Assembly (NCBI GenBank): GCA_964016885.1
Contig: OZ024743.1
Span: 176,638,001-176,702,000 of the forward strand
DNA from: Eledone cirrhosa
Taxonomy: Eukaryota
Reading direction: 5' to 3'
Length of the DNA stretch: 64,000 bases
The notes below the pieces were generated by a model. It was given only the letters and a program-made list of their open reading frames with translations. It ran no database searches and was not told the DNA's origin. The position numbers were made by a program, and so were the translations under genes. The number at the start of each line of letters is the position of its first letter. Positions within the stretch are counted from its first letter, which is position 1. Of this stretch, positions 39,761-52,140 are shown piece after piece.

Positions 39761-40046
39761 TAGGAATAACCAAAGAGTGCTTAGAAATACATTGTTTTAT
39801 TAGCTAACAGTGTTTCATCCATACTCTAGGGCAGAAATCATCAGAGCCTACAAACAAGAGTATATCAATAGTTGCATGCCCCATCAATGATGGAGTATAT
39901 CAATATAGTTGCATGCTCCATTAATGATGGAGCATGCAACTATTGATATACTCTTGATTATACGCTCTGATTATTCCTGCCTTAGGGTATGGATGAAACA
40001 CTGTTAACTAATAAAACAATGTATTTCTAAGCACTCTTTGGTTATT

Positions 40047-40050
<4 letters not shown>
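39761..40050. mobile_element. Fold-back Penelope-like terminus with a hammerhead in each arm
   Basis: 39761-39879 vs 39932-40050 inverted; central palindrome; right end runs into (TA)n. Confidence 0.82.
39802..39848 (-). ncRNA. Minimal hammerhead motif
   Basis: GGCT-CTGATGA-(stem II)-GAAAC-act-GTT-AGCT; the opposite-arm copy has a mutated core CTGATTA (39967-39973). Confidence 0.6.
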
Positions 40051-40126
<76 letters not shown>

Positions 40127-40497
40127 TTTACATATATATATATACATACATATACATATACGTGTTTTGCAACGGGTCACTTTGTGGCTCAATGAAAATT
40201 TAATAAATTAAATAATCAGAGCTATATATCATAAAACATGTCTATAGAATCACAAGATAAAATATATACCATTTCCTCTCCCAATTAGCATAATTAACTA
40301 TATAAAAAATCGAATAGACCAGGCTATAAGAGTGAGGCTTCTATGAAGAAATCTCCAACAAATAACCGAAACTAGCCCTTCGCGTCGGCCGCAACGGAAT
40401 ATTTATCGAATATTTCGACAGCGTAATCGCCCAGATACAGTCAACTAAACAGAATTAGGTGTAAAATAAACTAGGAGAAAATAGAATACATTTAAAT

Positions 40498-40584
40498 ACC
40501 TCTACCATGGTTTCATCCGCATTTTGAGATTTCCAATAATTATGTAATAATTATATAACTCGAGCATCGGATTCATCAGGAGAT
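40498..40584 (-). ncRNA. Type I hammerhead, extended stem II
   Basis: Reverse complement of 41022-41108. Confidence 0.85.
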
Positions 40585-41021
40585 TTGCTCTGATCTAGAC
40601 ACTAAATTTTCCAAAGTGATCGCGCCAAGAATTCATTCAAAATGGCTAAGAATCGTGACGTAGTCGCGGTCAGGTTGGAAGGGGTGTGGTAGTTGCTTAC
40701 GACTGGTGGGTTTTTTGCTAGAAAGCACAGCACAATACAGCCAGATTTGTATCTCAACCTAATGGGAGATTATTACATATAAAAGTTTACATATATATAT
40801 ACATACATATACATATACGTGTTTTGCAACGGGTCACTTTGTGGCTCAATGAAAATTTAATAAATTAAATAATTAGAGCTATATATCTAGCAAAAAAGCC
40901 ACCAGTCGTAAGCAACTACCACACCTTCCAACCTGACCGCGACTACGTCACGATTCTTAGCCATTTTGAATGAATTCTTGACGCGATCACTTTGGAAAAT
41001 TTAGTGTCTAGATCAGAGCAA

Positions 41022-41108
41022 ATCTCCTGATGAATCCGATGCTCGAGTTATATAATTATTACATAATTATTGGAAATCTCAAAATGCGGATGAAACCATG
41101 GTAGAGGT
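41022..41108 (+). ncRNA. Type I hammerhead, extended stem II
   Basis: ATCTC-CTGATGA-ATCCG...CGGAT-GAAAC-catg-GTA-GAGGT. Confidence 0.85.
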
Positions 41109-41448
41109 ATTTAAATGTATTCTATTTTCTCCTAGTTTATTTTACACCTAATTCTGTTTAGTTGACTGTATCTGGGCGATTACGCTGTCGAAATATTCGA
41201 TAAATATTCCGTTGCGGCCGACGCGAAGGGCTAGTTTCGGTTATTTGTTGGAGATTTCTTCATAGAAGCCTCACTCTTATAGCCTGGTCTATTCGATTTT
41301 TTTATATAGTTAATTATGCTAATTGGGAGAGGAAATGGTATATATTTTATCTTGTGATTCTATAGACATGTTTTATGATATATATATATATATATATATA
41401 AATGAAATAACAGGAGGCTGGACTGGTGTAAATCCTTAAAAGATTTAT

Positions 41449-41508
41449 TATACTATGATCATTTCAATGACCGGGTTCCATATGAATCCGGTGATATCAT
41501 CAGGTATA
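41449..41508 (-). ncRNA. Type I hammerhead with U-A stem III, at the 3' end of a Penelope-like fragment (~41400-42390)
   Basis: Minus strand TATAC-CTGATGA-..ACCGG..CCGGT..-GAAAT-gatc-ATA-GTATA followed by AATAAA. Confidence 0.8.
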
Positions 41509-42988
41509 GGAATATAACAAAGGAATATGTAAAAAGCCATGGGTCCGAAAAATCAGAAACAGAGGGGACGGCTGGCCGACTAGTTTCTCAGCCAGCCGCC
41601 CCCAAAGTGTTGGCAACCGAAAAACTACCAATGAATATCTGGTGAGGGGACGAAGGCTTACAATGCGCTACCACCACTCCGTCAAAGAAGAAGGGGAAGA
41701 AAGAAAGGGAGAAAGAAGTGTAGTGTGAGGGTCAAAGTACATTCATGTTAGAAAATGCCGCAAAAAAATGCTTCCCAAAGAATCTATAATGTGTGTCTAT
41801 ATGGTCTAATGTGTGAACCGAAGATTGGAACGTTAAATTTATGTTGCGAGTTATAGGATGAAATTAAATTAAATTAAAAATATTAAATTGCAAAATGGTA
41901 AATTGAAAAATAGAGGTAGCGAGATTTATTTATTTAATGAAATTACGGAGAGAGTCTTATATGAAAAGAAATTTTTAGATATTAGGATGGGATATAGAGT
42001 AAAGATTTCGATTGGGAGTCCCAGCCAGCACACCCACCACCATGAGTCAGCCAGTCTCGAGTGGTATCGTCCAGCGAAAGAAACGAAAAATACATTGATG
42101 AAAATACATTAATAAAATAATAATAAAGTATACATTAATAAGATAGAAACAAATTAATAAAGGTAAATAAGAATCAATATAGATCAAGTTGTAGTAAGAT
42201 AGTACAAGTTGTACATATAGAAATAGATATAGAGGATGGAGGAGATCGAATGGTAAGAGGTTGTACATAGTGTAAAGTTCAGTGCGAGTCAGAAAAAGTC
42301 CTGAGGTATAGAGTAGAGAATTCAGTCCATACAATACATGTTTTAGTATAATACGTAGAGTTTTGTCGTAATCGGAATCATCCCGACATATATATATATT
42401 ACGTATCACCTATATAACTCACCCACACACACACCCAAAAAATTTTTTTTTCTCCACACGCCACCTACACCCACAACACGCTTAAACCCCACACACACGT
42501 GCTTTCCACCACATATCTACACCCTCAGCCTCCTGATTCCTCTCCCCCCACCCCTCTATCCACACACGCACAGACACTCCGACCCACAAACCCCCCCACA
42601 CACACCTCTTCCTGAACATGCAACCCCGTTCTTCCCCCAACCCTTACTTTCACATACACACACACACACACACACACACGCACACCTACACACACACACC
42701 ACCTTCAGCCCTCCCCGCTCGGACACCCCGTCTCCCTCTCCCCACTCCACCCGCCACCACCCCTACACACCTCACACCCTTCCACCACCTGTTTAACCCC
42801 CTTTTAATTTCAGTTTATTTTGATCATGCCTTTATTTTTAAATTTATCTCATTCCTTGTATTTTGATCATGCTTTATTTTTATTTTTATCTTTATTTTTT
42901 ATGTTTTCATTCGCACCGTTTCCTTTCGCTATATGTCTCTCCACCACTCCCCTACACACCCTTTGAACTCTGTTCCCACACACTTCCC

Positions 42989-43020
42989 ACCTGAGGAAGG
43001 GCTTATGCCCGAAACGTCGT
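42989..43020 (+). ncRNA. Degenerate minimal Penelope-type hammerhead core
   Basis: CTGAGGA-a-GGGC-ttat-GCCC-GAAACGTC; stem I only 2 bp; AATAAA and a TA-rich end downstream. Confidence 0.5.
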
Positions 43021-43309
43021 CCCCCACCAATACCCCACTCTCCAGAGCGTGAAATTAATAAACATTTGTTGTACTGCCTCTCTATTTTGTCCTTGTTCAA
43101 ATGTTTCCATTATATATATTATATAAGGGATAACAAAATATTGTTATAGGTAATCCAGTTAGAGGTTGTGAATATTGTGGATAGTTTTAGCATACGGCGT
43201 TGTTTGACTCAACAAGAGGTTTCCGTAGGTGGCGATTTTATGAGTTCTCTTGCATTCCTATGTAAGTTTATATTGGAGTAATAATATTTAAAGAGTGAAG
43301 AATAACATG

Positions 43310-43384
43310 GTCAACAGTACAAAAAAGGGGGTTTTATTTACAGTCTTAAGACTGTAAATAAAACCCCCTCTTTGTACTGTTGAC
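43310..43384. repeat. 75-bp near-perfect palindrome
   Basis: GTCAACAGTACAAA..TTTACAGTCT-TA-AGACTGTAAA..TTTGTACTGTTGAC. Confidence 0.9.
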
Positions 43385-43845
43385 GATTTAAAACCATTTG
43401 GTATCACAAGAATTAATGAACATTGTAGAGTAGATGTAACATCCCACAACCTGGTGAATTATTTTACAAAGTTTCATATCCTCGTTTTGTATCATTGAGA
43501 TATATCATTTAGTTTGATCTTTCTGGCGAAATCCATGATTTTTCCTATTAGTTACGAAAGGATCCCTCCAACAATTATGTATTTGTGGTCTTTCATAATG
43601 TTTCCACATCTAATTGGAATTTTCCAATAATATTTTAATAGATTCCCAAGTGTTGGGGCGGTGAATTGGCAATGTAGTTAGAATATTTACAGAATGCTTT
43701 GTGGTAATCGTTCCGAATCTTTGCAAATCAGGCCGAGATCAAATCCACTTTTCATGCTATATAAAATACCAGCCCAGTACAAAGGTTGATTCTTCTGCAA
43801 ACTCCCCTATCTCTCTCTCTCACTCACTCTCACACACACTCCCCC

Positions 43846-43879
<34 letters not shown>

Positions 43880-43978
43880 GATATGAAACGTCGAAACTCC
43901 TTCTCTTCCACCAAGCGTGAACCTAATATAACTGTGTAAAAATTGCATTTTTGTTTTGCTTGTTTTATTTATTAACTA

Positions 43979-44012
<34 letters not shown>

Positions 44013-44152
44013 CATATATATGAAAAAGTTCTATTTAAATTGTTGGGATACAACAAGCAAATATTTTTATAACTGATATAAAGCACTCGACAAGTATTTG
44101 GAGCATATATACGATATTAACAAATGGAAACTATATTTATAAAACCATATCT

Positions 44153-44215
44153 ATTTTATTATACATATTTCAAGGATACCATGTTAAATTATGGTATGCC
44201 TTCATCAGACAAAAT
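44153..44215 (-). ncRNA. Type I hammerhead with U-A stem III
   Basis: ATTTTGT-CTGATGA-AGGcATACCAT..ATGGTATCCT-t-GAAAT-atgt-ATA-ATAAAAT. Confidence 0.8.
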
Positions 44216-44354
44216 GCAATATATACCAGTTTTATAAATAAACATTGACGTACCCTTTCAAAATGCAACCGTTACTTTCTGATGTCTTCCAAAAGTAATG
44301 GTTGCATTTTGAAAGGGTACGTCAATGTTTATTTATAAAACTGGTATATATTGT

Positions 44355-44417
44355 ATTTTGTCTGATGAAGGCATACCATAATTTAACATGGTATCCTTGA
44401 AATATGTATAATGAAAT
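44355..44417 (+). ncRNA. Type I hammerhead with U-A stem III
   Basis: Same motif on + strand; stem I has an extra G-U pair. Confidence 0.78.
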
Positions 44418-44567
44418 AAATATGGTTTTATAAATATAGTTTCCATTTGTTAATATCGTATATTTATAAATATATATATAATGTTAGCTGGTTCAGTAGA
44501 TTCGTAACTGTGCATAACCAATAGAGACCTTAATGTGAAACCTCGTTTTGTTATTAATAAATAACAA

Positions 44568-44677
<110 letters not shown>

Positions 44678-44678
44678 T

Positions 44679-44719
<41 letters not shown>

Positions 44720-45002
44720 CCCTCTCTTCTTTCAGAGAAAATCGACTGCATTCAGAGTGACGGGATCCAATAGGTTTCATTGCCCAAGACACACCATGTC
44801 ATAACAGCGACCCTACGACTCCATCAGGAGATAAGGGCTTTAAAAAGGAGAATGTATAACCTATAACGAGGTTACTTCTTTCTGACAACTTATCTTCTGT
44901 TCAAGTATTGCTCTTTGAAACTCTCCTCCTCTCTTCTCTCCTCAGTATATTTCAACTGCTATTACAGAGAAAAACGATGATCAGAGCATTTGAAGTTAGA
45001 AG

Positions 45003-45053
<51 letters not shown>

Positions 45054-45455
45054 ATTAAAATAGGAAATATATTCCTATTTTCTTTTAAGCTAAATAACAT
45101 AATGTTTCCTTTCTTGGAACAATTATGTCACTATCGCGCATTTCTTCCCTCTTAGCAAAAAGAAAAAAAAGAAAAAGTAATAATTCTAAAAATAATAATT
45201 ATAAGCATAGATATGATGGTAATGCTGATGACGATTAGGATGATGGAGATCCTGATAATAACGATCATGACGAAGATATTCAACAGAATGATTCTGATAA
45301 TCGTGCAGGTGGAGATGATGTTGGAGGTTTTGGTGGTGATGATGATGAAATATTGTGAAAATACCTGGAGGACATAATGTCTAGCTTTATGCGTAAGAAA
45401 ATTTCATTTTCCCATGTTCTACCTTATATATATACATACATGTGTGTGTGTGTGT

Positions 45456-45525
<70 letters not shown>

Positions 45526-45547
45526 ATATATATAATTATATATTTAT

Positions 45548-45579
<32 letters not shown>

Positions 45580-45622
45580 TTCTCTCTATATATAGTATTT
45601 CTCCCCCCCCCCACCTCTCTCT

Positions 45623-45666
<44 letters not shown>

Positions 45667-45853
45667 AACTTATATAAAAACAATGAATAAAAACAAAAAA
45701 CAAGTTCCTTATATTAAAAAATTCATCATTTTACGATCGTTTCTAGGATATATATGTGTTGGTATGTATATCATATAGATCTATGTAAAATATTACAAAC
45801 TATCAGAGGAAATATACATACCCTCACATATATATGCTGACTTCAGAAATAAT

Positions 45854-46037
45854 TGTTTCTACTTTTGGCACAAGGCCATCAATTACCCAGTGCATTACTG
45901 GTACTTTAATTTATCGACCCCGTAAGGATGAAAGGCAAAGTTAACCTCGGTGGGATTTGAACTCAGACCGCAAAGGGACGTAACTATGCTGGAAAGCATG
46001 GCGTCCGACCCTCTACCGATACTGCCAAGCCACCACC
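45854..46037 (-). mobile_element. tRNA-type SINE inserted in the left pseudo-LTR
   Basis: 18-bp TSD GCTGACTTCAGAAATAAT (45836-45853, 46038-46055); absent from the right arm. Confidence 0.92.
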
Positions 46038-46851
46038 GCTGACTTCAGAAATAATGAGATTTTTTTATTGAAAAAAAAACAACAAAGATTTAATATGTTT
46101 GGTCTGTTTGGGAACAGATTTTGAATTGACCAATAGAAAAGTAGTAAAAGGTCAAGTTGATAGAATAGTAGTAGTAGAAATTTAATTTAGGGGTATAGGA
46201 ATGCAGACTTATGTTTTGAATGGAAAGAATACTTTGAATGAAAAGAATACTTTGGGGATGAAAAAGGTCAAGCCGGTGAAGGGTACACGAAAATTTGATG
46301 TTGTTAAAGAATAATGTTAAAAACGGAGAATAAAATTTTAGGGTAAAGGTATTAGTGAGAAATACCAATCTTATTTAAAACACAAGGAATTTAGATCTAT
46401 AACAAGAAATTAAATTAATTGTTAGGTATACTTATAGGGATAAATTCATATTAATTCATATGGATGTGATAAATAAGAATTAGATGTTATTAATGAATGT
46501 TGTTAAAAACGAAGGAAAATAACATTTTGGAATAAGTGTAGTAGTGAGAAATACCAATCTTATATAGACTACAAGGAATCTAGATTCATAACAGGAAATT
46601 AAATTAATTTATATGTATACTATTAATTTTAGGAAAAGAGAGCTGTAAGAGGGAAATAAAATTATGAAGTTCTCTGTGGTAAAGTACTAATTATAGGTTA
46701 ACTAATTATAATAATATGTAAAATATAAGTGTAAGGTGTATATTAATTAGGTTTATAATATTTGAAAGTTCTTCTAATTCTATGATTGCAAGATATAATT
46801 AGTTCTTGTCGCTTATTTAATAGGATATCCTTAGATTTCATTATTTCAAAA

Positions 46852-48418
46852 CTACTGGAATTTCAGAAGGAATACTGGACCAGAAATACATATAGTAATC
46901 TCTTCTAAATTACTATGGGCTCTAGTGATTCTGCCCAAATTACCGATCTTGTGGGCCTCTTTCTTCTATTTAACATAAATTCTTCTTTTCCCCACCTTAA
47001 AGGTGGTTTATATCGTGATGACTGTCTTCTTCTTTCCACTAATCTTAGCTTATCAGAAATTGAAAAAAATAAAAAACTTATTAGAACTTTCCTCAAAGAC
47101 TATTATAATCTCACTATTACATTTGAAAACACCAGTAAAATAGTTAATTTCCTAGATATAACTTTAGACTTATCTACGGGTATCTACCAACCTTACCATA
47201 AACCTAACCAAAACTTACATTACATACACTCACAATCCAATCACCCTAGATCTATCCTTAAAAACCTAGCATATAATATCTCACTCAGAATTTCTAACCT
47301 TTCATCTAACCAGGATGTATTCGATAAAAATGCGCCCTTTTATAACGAAGCTTTAGCTAGAGGCGACCACAAAAACAAATTAGTCTATATACCTTGCACC
47401 AATAATACTTCAAACATACAACCCAATATTACCAACAAACACCAAATGAAAAACACACACCTAAATGCCACTCACACTACACCCAAAAATACCAACCTAA
47501 AACTTAATTTCTCTACCTCTTCTCACATAAAATATAATAACTCCAATATACGTTAATAACATTATATAATAAATTCACTAATACTAACTCTCTTAGTAAA
47601 CATCCTGATACATCGTATAAATATAAATAACCACATCGAAACCGTAATAGACGAGTTACTTAGTATAATGCTCCATTTAATCTACAAATTAAAGATAATA
47701 TCCCTAAAAAATGTTTTACTATCCTAGAGAAATACTTCTCGCCAAACGATAAATACCATCAAATTTTAAATAGATCAACTGTCAAATTTTCCTACTCCAC
47801 TACCAAAAATATACAACAAAATATAAGTGCGTACAACGCATATAAATGTAAAAATAACCACGAATATACCACCAACACATCAAACCAACCATAATACTAA
47901 AATAAACCGCAACAAACCACCATCTCCTTCATATATAACAAGTCGAGTAAATTCCACACCAAATTTGACTAACTCACCTGATATAATATTCACGAATGGT
48001 TGTAACTGTAGAAACAAAAGAAATTGCCCATTAAAGGGAAATTGACTTATTAATAACATAGTATATAAATGTAAAATTAGCACTATGGACTCAACTTATT
48101 CATATATAGGAGCTACGTCTAACTAATTTAAAGTAAGATTTAATACCCACAAACATAGTTTTAAAAATGCCGCATTAGCTAATACAACATCCTTGGCTGA
48201 AACAATTAATAATTATAGAAAAAAGAATATCGATTACAATCTGACCTGGAGTGTTCTCAAAAGAGCCACCCCTTATCAGATATGAGTGTAGATTATGCTC
48301 CAAGGAACTTTTTGAAATAATGAAATCTAAGGATATCCCGTTAAATAAGCGACAAGAATTAATTATATCATGCAATCATAGAATTAGAAGAACTTTCAAA
48401 TATTATAAACCTAATTAA
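46852..48418 (+). pseudogene. Penelope-like reverse transcriptase (C-half) plus GIY-YIG endonuclease, disrupted
   Basis: TMGSSDSAQITDLVGLFLL, GLYRDD, VNFLDITLDL, YHKPN..YIHSQSNHP, CNCRNKRNCPLKGN*L, VYKC..YIG, RFNTHKHSF, CRLC..E, LNKRQEL..CNH; several stops and frameshifts. Confidence 0.92.
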
Positions 48419-48886
48419 TATACACCTTACACTTATATTTTACATATTAATATAATAAGTTTTTTTAATTTAGTTAACCTATAATTAGTACTTTACTACA
48501 GAGAACTTCATAATTTTATTTCCCTCTTACAGCTCTCTTTTCCTAAAATTAATACCTAAAAGTATACATATAAATGAATTTAATTTCCTGTTATGAATCT
48601 AGATTCCTTGTAGTCTATATAAGATTGGTATTTCTCACTACTACACTTATCACAAAATGTTCTTTTCCTTCGTTTTTAACAACATTCTTTAATAACATCT
48701 AATTCTTATTTATCACATCCATATGAATTAATATGAATTTATCCCTATAAGTATACCTATCAATTAATTTAATTTCTTGTTATAGATCTAAATTCCTTGT
48801 GTTTTAAATAAGATTGGTATTTCTCACTAATACCTTTACCCTAAAATTTTACTCTCCTTCGTTTTTAACATTATTCTTTAATAACT

Positions 48887-49000
48887 GTTTCTACTTTTGG
48901 CACAAGGCCAGCAAATACCCAGTGCATTACTGGTACTTTATTTTATCGACCCCGTGAGGATGAAAGGCAAAGTTGACCTCGGCGGGATTTGAACTCAGAA
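48887..49000 (-). mobile_element. 5'-truncated tRNA-type SINE inserted in the right pseudo-LTR
   Basis: SINE 3' two-thirds; TAATAAC on both sides; absent from the left arm. Confidence 0.85.
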
Positions 49001-49261
49001 TGGAATTCTATAATAACATCAAATTTTCGTGTACCCTTCACCGGCTTGACCTCTTTTCATCCCCAAAGTATTCTTTTCATTCAAAGTATTCTTTCCATTC
49101 AAAACATAAATCTGCATTTCTCTATCCCTAAATTAAAATTCTACTACTACTATTCTATCAACTTGACATCTTACTACTTTTCTATTGGTCAATTCAAAAT
49201 CTGTTCCCAAACAGACCAAACATATTAAATCTTTGTTGGGTTTTTTTCAATAAACAAATCT

Positions 49262-49397
49262 CATTATTTCTGAAGACAGCATATATATATGTAAGGGTAT
49301 GTATATTTCCTCTGATAGTTTGTAATATTTTTACATAGATCTATATGATATACATACCAACATACATATATATCCTAGAAACGATCGTAAAATGATG
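49262..49397 (+). ncRNA. Type I hammerhead with ~100-nt stem II in the Penelope pseudo-LTR
   Basis: CATTATTT-CTGAAGA-[ATATATATGTA..GGTATGTATAT / ATATACATACC..TACATATATAT]-GAAAC-gatc-GTA-AAATGATG. Confidence 0.82.
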
Positions 49398-49581
49398 AAT
49401 TTTTTAATATAAGGAACTTGTTCTTTGTTTTTATTCATTGTTTTTATTAATTTATCTTGACTCTGTTTTCCTGTGATTTTCATCGAAAAATGTTTAATGC
49501 ATCTTCTCTTTTCATGATATTTAGATTACATTGAGTTCTTCATAAGGATTGGCCACTACCGTATATTTTGGTAGATTTATC

Positions 49582-49669
<88 letters not shown>

Positions 49670-50109
49670 AGAGAAATACTAAAGACTCAACATTATCCGA
49701 ATATATAGCGTCCTTTATAAGTTACGAGAATCATCCTTTAACTTTTCTAAAACTATCTATAGTTCAATCATTAAACGTTGCTCACGTTTACTTTCTTCCA
49801 CCACCTCTCTCCTTGCCTTCTTGCCTTTGTTAAATTTTTCCTCCCCTCCCCCCCTCCCCTCTCTATCTAACTATCTATCTTTAATATCTTTAATATTTTA
49901 TCATTAATAAAAATGTTTTTTAAATCGTAAACAAATCTATTTCAAATAACAACAACACTACAGATGTTTAAACAAAATGTTTAGGAAAATGTTTAGGAAA
50001 ATGAAGGGAAGGGTAAGGGCTGTAGGGACACAGAAGAATGGGAGGGGAAGAGGGAGGGTGATGGGCCCTAGGCCTAGGGCGCGGCGGTGTTGGGGTTGTG
50101 CTCCGCGAA

Positions 50110-50570
50110 GGAGACTGCAAAAGAGAAAGATAACATTTGTTCGACCCTCCATTCACCCTAGATGTTTCTATGAATATAACTAAAAGCTTTTCGTTTGTAA
50201 TTAGATGGCACTTCCCATATAACCACAGTTACCGTAATATGTTCAACCTACACAGTGCTAAGGTTAGCGGCTTCTGCCTAAATAGCCTCGTTTCGAATAT
50301 CGCAAGCTACTACAGAAAGAAACCTACACAAATTCTAAAACATGCAAACTCTTCCAATTGTCTTCAAGGTTGATCCTGTCCCTCAACGACTGTGGTCTAC
50401 GAAGCCAGCATCTTACCGTATGATGACATCCAAAGGAATTGCACTGGCCTAACAGCCTATCAGTTGAAGGGTAGATTTACTCAGCATGTACACTCTTTTA
50501 AGTGAGAACAAAACCGATTTCTTCCGAGGAGAGATACTGAGAAAGAGAAAAATAGAGGATGAATCAACAT
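50110..50570 (+). pseudogene. Second, older Naiad-type Penelope fragment (linker plus GIY-YIG start)
   Basis: FDPPFTLDVSMNITKSF, IRWHFPYNHSYRNMFNLHSAKVS, VVYEAS, TGLTAYQLKGRFTQHVHSFK parallel the same region of the 46852-48418 copy. Confidence 0.7.
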
Positions 50571-50944
50571 TAACGGACTGAAATTCTATTTAGTGACCTC
50601 GAAAGAATGAAAAGCAAAGCTGATCTCGGTGGGATTAGAAACCAGGGAGCACTACCATTCCTTCCGATGTTCTGGCAACACGACAATTCGTTGAATATTT
50701 AGTTCATTTGATATTTTGTATTTATTTTGATCGCAATTGTAATCTTTGCATGTTACTCGAAGATGATCAAAGATATGATAACGTATTCCGGCACTTGTAG
50801 AGTTTTAGAATATTATTAGTATTATCAATGAGAATTATGCAAACTTCAGCAGATTCAATGTTTGGCTTTTATAAATGTATGAAACTCTGGGCATAATTTT
50901 TAAAAGAACAAACGAGAAATAAAAGTATATTTCATCATGAAAAT

Positions 50945-52140
50945 GATCAGCATCAACACCACCATTACCACCAGCAACTACTACCATCACAAGTACCACC
51001 TCCAGTACCACTATCACTACCACTACCACCACCACGACTACCAGCACCACCACTTTCAGCACCACTATCACCACCACCACCACCGCTATTGCCGGCAATA
51101 CCGCCAATATCACCCCCACTACTGCCACCACAACTGCCACCTCCAGTACCACTACCATCACCACCAACACTACCATTACGACCGCCATTACCACAACCAC
51201 CACCATTACCACCACTACCACCACCAGCACCAACACCACTACCACCACCAGCACCACCACCACTACCACCACTACCACCAATACCACCACCACCAACACC
51301 ACCACTACCACCACCACCAACACCGCTACCACCACTACCACCAACGCCACCACTACCACCACCACAACCACCACTACCACCACTACCACCAATACCACCA
51401 CCACCAACACCACCACTACCACCACCACCACCACCACTACCACTAGCACTACCACCACCACTACCACCAATGACACCACCACCATTACCACTACCACCAC
51501 CATCACCACTACAACCACCACCACGACCACCACCATTACTACCACCACCACCACTACCATCACCACCACTACCACCACCACAACTACCACCACCACCACT
51601 GCCACCACCACCACTACCATCAGCATCACCACCACCAGCACCACTACTGCCAACACCAGTGCCATCACCACTAAGACCACCACTAAAACCACCAGCACCA
51701 CTAGCCCTACCACCACCACCACCACTACCACCCCACTACCACCACTGCCAAGAATATTACCAATAACAATACGACTACAACCACTCCACCACTAACACCA
51801 CCACCACCACCACTACCACCAACACTACCACCACTACCACCACCACCATCACCACTGCCCCCCACCACACACACTACCACCACCACTACCACGACGACCA
51901 CCGCTCCACCACCACCAATACAACTACAACAACAACTACCACCATTACCACCACCACCACCACTACCATCACCACTACCACCACCATCAACACTACCACC
52001 ACCACCACTGCCACCACCAGCAACTGCCACCACCACCACTACCGGCACCCCATCACTACCACCACCGCTGCTCCCACCACCACTACCAGCCCCCCACCAC
52101 TACCACCAGCACTACCCTCACTACCCCCAACCCCACCACT
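50945..52140. repeat. (CCA/CTA)n degenerate trinucleotide tract
   Basis: ACCACCACT-type low complexity; yields artefactual poly-Pro/His/Val ORFs. Confidence 0.93.

Larger units (their letters stand above)
40223..41384. mobile_element. Fold-back with ~500-bp inverted arms, each with an intact hammerhead
   Basis: 40223-40722 vs 40886-41384 near-identical inverted; ~110-bp direct repeat at 40121-40230 and 40777-40887. Confidence 0.9.
44107..44463. mobile_element. Fold-back (~172-bp arms, 13-nt loop) with a hammerhead in each arm
   Basis: 44107-44278 vs 44292-44463 inverted, few mismatches. Confidence 0.9.
45674..49447 (+). mobile_element. 5'-truncated Penelope-like retroelement (Naiad-type) with inverted pseudo-LTR
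   Basis: 45674-46851 is the reverse complement of 48310-49447; RT and GIY-YIG coding lies between; HHR in the pseudo-LTR; left end at (TA)n. Confidence 0.92.

Noticed and set aside
40335-40380. Second, opposite-polarity hammerhead (ATGAAGA..GAAACTAG) in the 500-bp arm
   Set aside because: Core lacks the initial C, and no stem II or NUH pairing
50835-52048. Poly-Val, poly-Pro, poly-His and Gly-rich ORFs
   Set aside because: All frames of a (CCA/CTA)n tract; no splice or domain evidence
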